From Candidatus Magasanikbacteria bacterium RIFOXYC2_FULL_42_28 (GTDB taxonomy: Bacteria; Patescibacteriota; Patescibacteriia; Magasanikbacterales; GWA2-37-8), in the NCBI GenBank assembly GCA_001784435.1, contig MFQZ01000009.1, positions 11,324 to 75,323 on the forward strand: a stretch of DNA of 64,000 bases, written 5' to 3'. Both the position numbers and the translations under genes were made by a program. The notes below the pieces were generated by a model. That model was not told the origin of the DNA. It saw only the letters and a list, made by a program, of their open reading frames with translations, and made no database searches. Below are positions 54,401 through 62,551 of this stretch, one piece after another. Numbering within the stretch: position 1 is the first letter of the stretch; the number at the start of each line of letters is the position of its first letter.

Positions 54401-54562
54401 GGGCGGTATAACTTTTTGGCCGGTGATAATAAGTATTATGTTACCTATGAGCATGAAAATTACGAGACGACTAAGACCGATGTACTGGATTTAACCGGTA
54501 AAGAAGAGGACGCGATCGCGACAGACGCGAAGTTAAAAAAGAAAGATTTATCCACAGAGTAA
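51428..54562 (+). CDS. Large surface protein with a myxo-type Cys-rich repeat, fibronectin-III-like domains, an Asp/Cys-rich module, CarbopepD_reg-like domains and C-terminal TM segments
   Basis: CGNGAVEGDEACDAGSSNGLCSATCSTSC matches CxxGxxExxExCDxG...C. Three segments resemble Fn3 (VSWNATDNNG.., ISFDTNELTT.., LSWDLPDSPY..). The Asp/Cys module is DCDNGDVDDDGDGDADCGDLDSC. Three DEHGRY/DKHGRY beta-sandwich units are present. Confidence 0.55.
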   Translation: MFSPKKIFFTILTAVLAVGLSTASLVLAETQTGGLTVGVTIGSDAVCGNGAVEGDEACDAGSSNGLCSATCSTSCTVKATTDCGGGGDTDNSPTISNVTTTLITVNSATVSWNATDNNGISTSTFVYGIDINYGSSATISGSNPYSVNLFGLSANTVYYFQISVTDTGSHTVESTGSFTTLSTAVGDTIPPNIFNVIVSPIGVTMATISFDTNELTTAQIKFSSDFSYASSTALDAVLATTHTISVLGLWPDTTYHFQIIANDEPNNTTTTLDATFTTLPAPAVADVGHFELSPSFEAITLSWDLPDSPYYDHIILNRQVTGDPATLVELPVDPLDSLFIDYGIDFNINYTYTIYVVDIFDQQSQGVSVNGEVLAFGLEDCDNGDVDDDGDGDADCGDLDSCFSHPHCVIEEVCHDENGDGLENCDDPSCAGNAVCLALHEDEICGNLFNDNGDDFESDCEDPDCAGFPDPQCVLFDVVACSDQQDNDGDGQIDFGNDTGCVSAGDNDESDDTVPSFLQLNVNDIKFFAGNRQIPLAPVNEVVSSLAGSNFTVAVAPAITPQAVTLVLEGATYQFGFNAVDNIYYSDFTLPFVGVHSAYLNIDYGNGQQDSVLIKINCLPWGQVESGGELIAGVEMFLLDTNNEKIYLGEYGQTNPVLTSASGLYGWSVLPGHYLVRANKEGFYERTVQIYEVKNNSINANIDLIKMPTNWLGAIDAARGLALQAVNDVADNPAVEQVAQQVVAPVAVGVSAVGTILVVPWWNLLALLRFLFLQPLLLIGRGKRKQWGMVYNSLSKMPIDLAIVRLFDATTGKLLRSRVTDEHGRYAFIMPPGKYRLQVVKMNMTFPSVLLAGITHDGNRPDIYHGEEIIVNEKNVLITANVPLDPSGDGKTPKRILRERFWRKVQSGVSGLGLVFTLVALYISPRWYMWVLAGAHIGLMLVFRRLAKPKTAKGWGIVSDTVTSKPVGRTVARLFDTKFNKLVATEVTDKHGRYNFLAGDNKYYVTYEHENYETTKTDVLDLTGKEEDAIATDAKLKKKDLSTE

Positions 54563-54602
54563 TTTTATTAAAAATGTGGTATAATATATGGAAGAGAAGT
54601 GA

Positions 54603-57600
54603 GTGATTATGGCAATTATAGGATTGAAAAATTTATTAAAATTATCAAGCCGAATTTTTGTAATATCCGCCATATTTTTGTCCGCAATTTTTAGTTTATG
54701 GTTATGGCAAAATAGCGCGGTCGCGGCGATCGCGCCATCAGTAATTACTTACCAAGGTAAAGTATTAGTAAGCGGTTCACCAGCGTCATCTACTTTATCA
54801 ATGAAGTTTGTTTTGTATGACTCTTTAACTGGTGGCACTGCGCTCTATACTGCTTCCGGCACTTTGCCAACCACGAGCACAATTAGTATTACTCCTTCCA
54901 GTGGTATATTTAGTGTTGATCTTGGTGGTAGTGGTACAAACACGATTGATCCAACTATTTTTCAAAATAACAGTAGTGTATATTTAGAAGTAACCATCGG
55001 CAGTCAAACCCTTACCCCCCGAAAACAAATCACTGCCGCTCCTTATGCTTTCAACGCTAAATATCTAGATGGTCTCGCCACTTCATCATTCGCCAAACTT
55101 GGATCCAATGAAACGGTTACCGGCACTTGGACCTTTTCGGCAACCACGACTATGGTCACGACGACGGTGAGTGGGAGGTTAGGTATTGGGACGACCACGC
55201 CAGATCAAGCGTTGACAGTGGTGGGGAGTATTAGTAATCCGGTGAATGGGAATTCTGGGATAACAGAAATTGCGACTCTATCAACAGGTAACGACCCGTT
55301 TGCGATATTTGTCTCTGGTCGGTATGCTTATGTGGCCAATTCTGCTTCTAGCACCATGACTATAATTGATATTTCTAAACCAACCGTGCCGGTGCAGGTA
55401 GCAACAGTTTCTGTCGGAAATTCACCGCGTTCCGTATTTGTTTCTGGTCGTTATGCGTATGTTGGAAATTATGGACATGGCACTATATCCATCGTGGACG
55501 TGTCTAATCCATTTTCTCCTGTTGTTGTTGCTACCCAGCAGGATTTGCCGGGTATCCCATCTTCTATTTTTATCTCCGGTCGGTATTTGTATACCACCTT
55601 ACAAGGCCAAGATATCTTGGCGGTTGTTGATATATCAGATCCGCTGACTCCGGTTTTGGCTGCGGCTGTCACTGTCGGTGATTACCCACAATCAGTTTTT
55701 GTCTCCGGTCGTTATGCTTATGTGGCGAATAGAGCATCCGGCACCATTTCTGTGGTTGACATATCTAATCCTTTGTCTCCAGTCCAAATTGCCACGACCT
55801 CTGTTGGTGTTTGGCCTAGTTCTATAGCTGTCTCTGGTCGTTATGCTTATGTGGCCCATGATTCTGATTTGTTTATTTCTGTAGTGGACGTGTCTAACCC
55901 CGCTATCCCAGTTCAAGTGGCTACCACCTCTGTCGGTTTTGTACAGTCGTCCGTATTTGTTTCCGGTCGTTATGCGTATTTTAGCACGGGTATTACTGCA
56001 AATGATTTAGGCAATCTTTCGGTTGTGGATATTTTAAATCCGTTGGTACCGGTTTTAGTGGCAACTACGCCGGTTGGAAAAAATCCACAATCAGTTTTTG
56101 TCTCCGGTCGTTATGCTTATGTGGCTAATGCGGGGCCTCTTGCGGGCAATGGTGGGGAAAATACTATTTCCATCATCGATCTCTCCGGCGCCGAATTTTC
56201 CACCCTAATCGCCCACTCCGCCGAAGTCGGCCAAATCCAATCGCGCAATGACATCATCGCTCAAGGCATAGTTGGCGCCAACAGTTTACAAATCGGCAGT
56301 GGTGGTATCCTCTCTAACGGGCCCATCAGTATCACCGCCACCGATACCTATTCTTACTTCGGCGGTGGCATTACCGCCACCGGCACAGTAACCACTACTA
56401 ATTTGGCGGTCATCGGCAATGCCACTTTTGGTGGCACATTGTCGCTGGGCAATACCGACATCACCGGCAATCTTACTGTCTCCGGCAACGCTACTACCAC
56501 TGGTAATCAAGTAATATCCGGCACACTTAATATTTCCGGCACTTCCACTCTCGTTACCACCACTGCCACTGCCTTAACTGTCACTGGCACATCAACTTTA
56601 ACAAATATTTCATCCACTGGCATTTCCAATCTAGGCACTTTAAACGTTTCTGGCAGTACCATTCTTTCTGGCACATTAAATGTAACCGGCACATCAACTT
56701 TGGCCACTACCACCATTTCCAAATTAACCATTAGCAGTCAAGGTATTATTATTTCCAGTAGCACTCCGGTCGTTACTTCTTCCACTTTGTATAATGTTGG
56801 TGACACCCTTTATTGGAACGGCAACGCCTTATCAACCTCTACTGGTAGCGGTTTGCCGTCTAGTATTGATGGCCAAATTTTATTCTCCGCTGGTTCTACT
56901 TGGACCGCGACTTCGGCGATTAGTATTGTGAGTACAACTGGTAATGTTGGTATCGGTACCACCAACCCAGGTACTTTGCTCACAGTCCACAACACCAATA
57001 TCGCTTCGGCCACTTCTTCCACTTTAAAACAATCATATTTATCAGTTGACCAAATGGCCTTGTCACAATTAGAAGGTGGAGCATATTTTGGCCGAACAAA
57101 AATAAAAAATAATAATTGGGTAGTTCAAGTAGCGGATAATTTTGTTTTGAGTGAGGCACCGTTATCTATGAAGGGTTCGGCTGGTTCGGCTGATGGGGAA
57201 ATTTTAGCAATAGTTTTAGATGGCAATCAAATCGGGCTGTTTTCCGGTTTTGATGCTGATGTTCAATTGGTGGCTAGCGTTCAAAATTGGGAGGATATCG
57301 CGATGTCCGTTGATGGTAAAATTATGTCGGCTGTGATTGATAATGGCGGGATTCATCGTTCCATTGATTATGGCGCCACTTGGGCGACCTCATCCGCTTT
57401 GACAAAAAATTGGACAGGTATTGCAATGTCGGCCGATGGTAAATATCAAACGGCCGTGGCCACCGGTGATAGCGTTTATATTTCTGCTGATTTTGGTGTT
57501 ACCTGGATCGCCAAAGACAGCAGTCGCGCTTGGACCGGTGTGGCCATGTCATCGGACGGTAAATTACAAATTGCCACTGTTTCAAGCACCGGCAATATTT

Positions 57601-60600
57601 ATCTTTCGGTTGATTATGGTAGTACTTGGGTTGCTAAAGCCAGTGCCAATGATTGGGACAGCGTGGTTATGTCGGCTGATGGGCGGGTAGTATTGGCCGG
57701 AGTGAATAGTGGCAATCTTTATCTTTCCACTAATTACGGCTATTCTTGGACAACCACTACCGCTCCGACCGGAGCTTGGAGCGCGGTCGGTATGGATGGC
57801 GATGGTAAATATCAAGTGGCCGGAATTTCGGGTGGGGCGTTATATATATCTGGTGATTATGGTTCCACTTGGGCCACTTCAACGTCAGCTACGAGTGGGG
57901 TTTGGTATGATATTGACGTTACGGCCGATGGCGCTACGGTGGTTGCAACGGACAATGTCGCGGGGTATTATATCAATCAGGCCGATCAGTTTAGTTTAAA
58001 AAATATTGCGATTGGCGCGACTACGGTTGCCAGCGGTTTGGCGCTTGATGTTACCGGTGTTGGTTCTTTTTCCGGTAATTTATCGGTTGGTGGCGGTTTA
58101 ACTGTTACCGGTAATGCTACCAGCACTAATTTTATTGCGACCGGCAATGTTGGAATTGGCACCACAACACTTACCGAAAGATTAAATGTTAAAGGTAATA
58201 TTAATTTGGTCGGCAATCTTAATTTAGCAACCGGTACGATAAAATATTCCGGCAGTAATTTATTGTCAATTACCGGTGGCGCGTCATCAGTTGCTTTAGG
58301 GGTAAATGCCGGGCACAGTGCAACCGGCACAGGTAATGTGTTTGTTGGCAGTGGAGCCGGCCAAAACAATGATTCTGGTTATAACAATACTTTTATTGGT
58401 CTTAATGCCGGGCAGACTAATACCTCATCGGCCGGGAACACCTTTATCGGGGCGACCGCTGGCGCTAGCAACACATCTGGTAGTAGTAATGTCTTTGTTG
58501 GTTCGGGGGCGGGGGGGCTTAACACTACCGGTCTGGGTAATTCGTTTTTTGGTGCTCAAGTGGCCAGTGCCAATACCAGCGGTAGCATTAATTCGTTTTT
58601 TGGAGCCTACGCCGGCATTGCTAATACTGAAGGCGGCAATAATTCGTTTTTTGGAGCATACGCCGGCACTGCCAACATTACCGGTAATTATAATGTATTT
58701 ATTGGCGAATACGCCGGATCAAGTGTTACTTCCGGGTATTCCAATACTTTTTTGGGCGCGCGCTCTGGTTATTTGAATATTATTGGGGCCGGTAATGTGT
58801 TTTTAGGCAATCAAGCCGGTTATAACGAGACAGGCTCTAATAAATTATATATTGCCAATTCCAACACAGATTCGCCTTTGATTTATGGTGATTTTAGCGC
58901 GAGTGCCTTGACGATAAATGGAAGTTTAACGGTGTCATCAACTAACACTTCTACTTTTAATAGTAGCATTAATATCACCAGCGGATGTTTCGCGGTCGGT
59001 GGAAATTGTTTGTCAGACGGCACTACTCTTAATACCACCGTGCTTAATGTTAGTAGTACTCTTACCACCAACAGCACCACAATTTTGGTTGGTAATAATT
59101 ATTTTAATTTTACCGGGGCAAATATTGGTGGAAATGATTATGCGTCTTTATCTATCGGTAATGGCGCATCTTCCACTAACGGAGCGGTAGCAATTTGGGG
59201 TGATACCACGGTTGGGCCAAGATTTATGTTAGTGGCGACCACATCCGCGCCTTCTGCCACTGTTGGCGATAGTCCGATTTTTGTCGTTGATATGACTAGT
59301 GGTTATGCGCGCGTGGATATTGGCAGTACCGGTAACGCCAAATCAGGATTGTTAAGATTATATGATAACGCCGGTGTGAATAAAATTTATTTGAGCGCCA
59401 GTTCTACCGACGGCGATTCGTTTGTGTTGGATAATTTTTTAGTGGGCGCGAATTCCGAGAGTATTGCCAACACTGGTTTTGTTTTAACTAATAACAACAG
59501 TTTATACACCGAAGGCGATTTGGGTGTTAATGGTAATATTTATACCGACGGGGCAATTTATATTTCTGGCACTTCTACTTTGGCTATTACCACTATTACC
59601 GCCTTAACTGTATCTGGAGATGTAACTCTATCTACCTCCACTATCTTTTTAAATAATGTTGGCAGCTTCACCAGCTCAACCGCTTTTATTTTTAATGTTG
59701 CTAATTTTTCTTTGTCTGCCGCTGATAGATATATTTTGTCTTTACGTTCTAATAACGCACCAGTATTTTCCGTCTCCGCCAATGGTGATGTTAATACAGT
59801 AGGTAGTTTGCATGCGTTTTCAGCCACTGTTGGGGCCGATGGTAATCCCGGTGACTTGGCCGAACGCGTTGATATTGCCGTTGATGATATCGCCGAAGCT
59901 GGCGATGTGGTCGTGGTTGATCCAAATAATATTGATACCTATCGCCGTAGTAGTGAGGCATATAGTCAATCCGTGGCTGGAGTAATTTCTACCGCTCCAA
60001 CCATCGTAGTTGGTGATGGTAAAACTGATTACACCGCTGTCATGGCTATGATTGGTCGCGTGCCAGTTAAAATTTCCAGTGAAAACGGCGCGATTAAGCG
60101 TGGTGATTTATTAGTGTCGGCATCGCTTCCCGGTTACGCGATGAAATATAATCCGGAAGATGATAATGGTTTGAAGATGGTGGGTATTGTGGGTGTGGCT
60201 TTGGATAGTTTTGCCGATGTCGGCGGAACCGGGAAAATTATGGCTTTAATCCGCACCGGTTGGGTCAATTCGCGTGGGCAAACTATCAATGATATTAAGA
60301 GTGACTTAGAAACTTTGGCGCAGAGTCAAGGTGTGAATATTAATTCTAATCCAAGTGATTTGACAGTGGAGCCAAGTGGCGGTAATTTGGTGTATAGCAG
60401 TGGTAATTTGAATTTACATGGTGGCAGTTTGTTGGGCGTAGCGGCGATTTCCGGCTTGAATGGTCGGTGGGAAATAAACGCTGATGGTTGGTTTATCACG
60501 CGCGTTGACACCACGAGTGGGCAAAAAGAAATGTATGGTTTGCAATCACCGGCCGCGGAATTTGTATTTTCCAGCTCATCACAGTTGATGAATGGTGAAG

Positions 60601-61106
60601 CGCGGGTTACTTTTGATGTTGCCGCGCAGGAAATTATTGATACGGACGCGATATTAAAAGTAAGTGTAACTTTAACATCGGGCGAAGCAATGGGTGTGTA
60701 TGTAACTGATAAAAATGCGACTGGTTTTACGGTAAAAGAAGTAGGGAATGGCACAAGTAACGCGACTTTTGATTGGGTGGTGGTGGTAAAGCAAAAAGAT
60801 CCCAATACTCCGGTAAGCGCGCCGGTTAGTGAACCAATAATAGACACGCCCGTTTCCTCTGGCGATTCTAGCGGTTCGTCAACCACCTTAACCACCGAAA
60901 CGCCACTGGTTATTGAATCAACCACAACCTCAACTACTGAGCCAGCGCCAGCACCGGTTGAAATCCTAACCCAGGAACCGACTGCCACAGTTGAGCCAAC
61001 ACCAGAAACAACGCCTGTGCCTGAACCAGCGCCGGTAGTTGTTGAGCCCACCCCTGAACCAGCGCCAGCACCGGTTGAAATTCCATCCTCGGAACCAGCA
61101 CCTTGA
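54603..61106 (+). CDS. Giant (2167 aa) cell-surface protein with LVIVD-like propeller repeats, BNR/Asp-box repeats, NxFxGxxAG 14-residue repeats and a Pro/Thr/Glu-rich tail
   Basis: After a signal/TM segment there are ~9 units of VFVSGRYAYVAN...ISVVDISNP (LVIVD-like). Six SxDxGxTW Asp-boxes follow (SIDYGATW, SADFGVTW, SVDYGSTW, STNYGYSW, SGDYGSTW). There are ~12 tandem repeats of the form NVFVGSGAG.., NTFIGLNAG.., NSFFGAYAG... The C-terminus has PAPAPVE/EPTPE repeats. Confidence 0.6.
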   Translation: MIMAIIGLKNLLKLSSRIFVISAIFLSAIFSLWLWQNSAVAAIAPSVITYQGKVLVSGSPASSTLSMKFVLYDSLTGGTALYTASGTLPTTSTISITPSSGIFSVDLGGSGTNTIDPTIFQNNSSVYLEVTIGSQTLTPRKQITAAPYAFNAKYLDGLATSSFAKLGSNETVTGTWTFSATTTMVTTTVSGRLGIGTTTPDQALTVVGSISNPVNGNSGITEIATLSTGNDPFAIFVSGRYAYVANSASSTMTIIDISKPTVPVQVATVSVGNSPRSVFVSGRYAYVGNYGHGTISIVDVSNPFSPVVVATQQDLPGIPSSIFISGRYLYTTLQGQDILAVVDISDPLTPVLAAAVTVGDYPQSVFVSGRYAYVANRASGTISVVDISNPLSPVQIATTSVGVWPSSIAVSGRYAYVAHDSDLFISVVDVSNPAIPVQVATTSVGFVQSSVFVSGRYAYFSTGITANDLGNLSVVDILNPLVPVLVATTPVGKNPQSVFVSGRYAYVANAGPLAGNGGENTISIIDLSGAEFSTLIAHSAEVGQIQSRNDIIAQGIVGANSLQIGSGGILSNGPISITATDTYSYFGGGITATGTVTTTNLAVIGNATFGGTLSLGNTDITGNLTVSGNATTTGNQVISGTLNISGTSTLVTTTATALTVTGTSTLTNISSTGISNLGTLNVSGSTILSGTLNVTGTSTLATTTISKLTISSQGIIISSSTPVVTSSTLYNVGDTLYWNGNALSTSTGSGLPSSIDGQILFSAGSTWTATSAISIVSTTGNVGIGTTNPGTLLTVHNTNIASATSSTLKQSYLSVDQMALSQLEGGAYFGRTKIKNNNWVVQVADNFVLSEAPLSMKGSAGSADGEILAIVLDGNQIGLFSGFDADVQLVASVQNWEDIAMSVDGKIMSAVIDNGGIHRSIDYGATWATSSALTKNWTGIAMSADGKYQTAVATGDSVYISADFGVTWIAKDSSRAWTGVAMSSDGKLQIATVSSTGNIYLSVDYGSTWVAKASANDWDSVVMSADGRVVLAGVNSGNLYLSTNYGYSWTTTTAPTGAWSAVGMDGDGKYQVAGISGGALYISGDYGSTWATSTSATSGVWYDIDVTADGATVVATDNVAGYYINQADQFSLKNIAIGATTVASGLALDVTGVGSFSGNLSVGGGLTVTGNATSTNFIATGNVGIGTTTLTERLNVKGNINLVGNLNLATGTIKYSGSNLLSITGGASSVALGVNAGHSATGTGNVFVGSGAGQNNDSGYNNTFIGLNAGQTNTSSAGNTFIGATAGASNTSGSSNVFVGSGAGGLNTTGLGNSFFGAQVASANTSGSINSFFGAYAGIANTEGGNNSFFGAYAGTANITGNYNVFIGEYAGSSVTSGYSNTFLGARSGYLNIIGAGNVFLGNQAGYNETGSNKLYIANSNTDSPLIYGDFSASALTINGSLTVSSTNTSTFNSSINITSGCFAVGGNCLSDGTTLNTTVLNVSSTLTTNSTTILVGNNYFNFTGANIGGNDYASLSIGNGASSTNGAVAIWGDTTVGPRFMLVATTSAPSATVGDSPIFVVDMTSGYARVDIGSTGNAKSGLLRLYDNAGVNKIYLSASSTDGDSFVLDNFLVGANSESIANTGFVLTNNNSLYTEGDLGVNGNIYTDGAIYISGTSTLAITTITALTVSGDVTLSTSTIFLNNVGSFTSSTAFIFNVANFSLSAADRYILSLRSNNAPVFSVSANGDVNTVGSLHAFSATVGADGNPGDLAERVDIAVDDIAEAGDVVVVDPNNIDTYRRSSEAYSQSVAGVISTAPTIVVGDGKTDYTAVMAMIGRVPVKISSENGAIKRGDLLVSASLPGYAMKYNPEDDNGLKMVGIVGVALDSFADVGGTGKIMALIRTGWVNSRGQTINDIKSDLETLAQSQGVNINSNPSDLTVEPSGGNLVYSSGNLNLHGGSLLGVAAISGLNGRWEINADGWFITRVDTTSGQKEMYGLQSPAAEFVFSSSSQLMNGEARVTFDVAAQEIIDTDAILKVSVTLTSGEAMGVYVTDKNATGFTVKEVGNGTSNATFDWVVVVKQKDPNTPVSAPVSEPIIDTPVSSGDSSGSSTTLTTETPLVIESTTTSTTEPAPAPVEILTQEPTATVEPTPETTPVPEPAPVVVEPTPEPAPAPVEIPSSEPAP

Positions 61107-61144
61107 CGAAATTGAAAGTTGATTGTATAATCTAATTGTTTTTT

Positions 61145-61215
61145 AAGGGCCCGTAGTATAACGGTAATACACGTCCATGGCATGGATGAGTTAAGGGTTC
61201 GATTCCCTTCGGGTC
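61145..61215 (+). tRNA. tRNA-Ala (GGC)
   Basis: The acceptor GGGCCCG/CGGGTCC has G3:U70 and A73. The anticodon loop is ATGGCAT and the T-loop TTCGATT. Confidence 0.8.
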
Positions 61216-61216
61216 C

Positions 61217-61243
61217 ACAAAACTTCCTGTTCAAGGAAGTTTT
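61217..61243 (+). terminator. Terminator AACTTCCTGTTCAAGGAAGTTTTTT
   Basis: A perfect 7-bp stem plus T6, directly after the tRNA. Confidence 0.6.
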
Positions 61244-61255
61244 TTAAAAAATTTT

Positions 61256-62407
61256 ATGTCTTTTTCCATCGGGATTGTCGGATTGCCAAATGTCGGTAAA
61301 TCAACTTTATTTAATGCTTTGACGCGCAGTAAGCAAGCGGACGCTGCCAATTATCCTTTTTGCACTATTGATCCGAATGTGGGCGTAGTCGCGGTTCCGG
61401 ATGAGCGGTTAGCAAAGTTATCCGAAATTTCTAAATCAAAAAAAATTATCCCAACGGTGATTGAATTTGTGGATATTGCCGGTTTGGTAAAAGGCGCGAG
61501 CGAAGGCGAGGGTTTGGGTAATAAATTTTTATCACATATTCGCGAAGTGGACGCCATCGCGCAAGTAGTGCGCGCGTTTTCGGATAGTAATGTTATTCAT
61601 GTGAATAATAAAGTGGACCCAAAGAATGATAGCGAGGTGATTAATTTAGAATTGGCGTTGGCGGATTTACAAGTTGTTACCAAAAGATTAAGCACTGCCA
61701 AAAAAGATACCAAAGGTTCGGTGGCAAAAGACAAAGAAAAAGAAATTGAATTATTGACAAAAATTAATGCCCAGCTCGAGGCCGGCAAACCGGCGCGCGC
61801 GTTAGAATACAATGATGATGAAAAAATAATTTTAAAAAAATTACAGCTGTTGACAGCCAAACCGATGTTGTATGTGGTGAATACTGACGAAGGGGGCGGA
61901 ATTTCACCAATTGTTACTCCGACGACGAAGGAGGAATCTCTATCCCAATTGATTGCCAATGGAGATCCCTCGTCCCGACTAAGTCGGGAGTCCTCGCTCG
62001 GGATGACAACGCAAATAAACGTTTGTGCCAAGTTGGAAGCGGAATTGGCAGATTTGAGTGTGGAGGAAGCCAAAGAATATTTAAAAACTGCTGGCATTAC
62101 CGAAACCGGTTTGGATAAATTAGTTGTCGCCAGTTACAAATTATTGGATTTAATAACTTTTCTAACTTCGGGCGAACCGGAAACGCGCGCTTGGACGGTA
62201 AAAAATGGCGCGAGGGCCCCGGAAGCGGCCGGAGTCATTCACACGGATTTTATCAAAGGTTTTATTAAAGCCGATGTTTGTGACTGGCAAGATTTTGTTA
62301 CGCACCACGGTTGGTCAAAAATAAAAGAAACCGGAAAACTCCGATTAGAGGGAAAAGATTATGTCGTGAGAGATGGAGATGTTGTGTATTTCCATGTTAG
62401 TACCTGA
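61256..62407 (+). CDS. ychF: Ribosome-binding ATPase YchF (Obg family) with a repeat-derived insertion
   Basis: IGIVGLPNVGKSTLFNALT, NYPFCTIDPN and the C-terminal TGS domain (VVRDGDVVYFH). It is 383 aa, against ~363 aa typical for YchF. Confidence 0.85.
   Translation: MSFSIGIVGLPNVGKSTLFNALTRSKQADAANYPFCTIDPNVGVVAVPDERLAKLSEISKSKKIIPTVIEFVDIAGLVKGASEGEGLGNKFLSHIREVDAIAQVVRAFSDSNVIHVNNKVDPKNDSEVINLELALADLQVVTKRLSTAKKDTKGSVAKDKEKEIELLTKINAQLEAGKPARALEYNDDEKIILKKLQLLTAKPMLYVVNTDEGGGISPIVTPTTKEESLSQLIANGDPSSRLSRESSLGMTTQINVCAKLEAELADLSVEEAKEYLKTAGITETGLDKLVVASYKLLDLITFLTSGEPETRAWTVKNGARAPEAAGVIHTDFIKGFIKADVCDWQDFVTHHGWSKIKETGKLRLEGKDYVVRDGDVVYFHVST
61911..62009 (+). mobile_element. Family 1 repeat, full copy inserted in-frame in ychF
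   Basis: TTGTTACTCCGACGACGAAGGAGGAATCTCTATCCCAATTGATTGCCAATGGAGATCCCTCGTCCCGACTAAGTCGGGAGTCCTCGCTCGGGATGACAA is 96% identical to the 10871 copy and translates as IVTPTTKEESLSQLIANGDPSSRLSRESSLGMT. Confidence 0.65.
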
Positions 62408-62440
62408 TTATTCTTATGGAGTTAGAATAAGTATTAATAA

Positions 62441-62549
62441 TTTCAAAATCTAAATTTCCAATGTCAAATCAATGTCAAAATCTTAATGTCAAATTTAGTA
62501 TTTGAGCTTTGGATTTGATTTGACATTGGAAATTGGAAATTTGACATTT
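62441..62549 (+). repeat. Family 2 long palindromic element (variant)
   Basis: TTTCAAAATCTAAATTTCCAATGTCAAATCAATGTCAAAATC...GATTTGATTTGACATTGGAAATTGGAAATTTGACATTTCG, located between convergent ychF and the methyltransferase. Confidence 0.6.
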
Positions 62550-62551
62550 CG

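Noticed and set aside
60326-61234. 302-aa minus-strand ORF antisense to the 3' end of the giant surface protein gene
   Set aside because: It is Gly/Ser/Thr/Val low-complexity, the mirror image of the Pro/Thr/Glu-rich repeats on the sense strand, and it overlaps tRNA-Ala(GGC). It is an artefact of repetitive composition.
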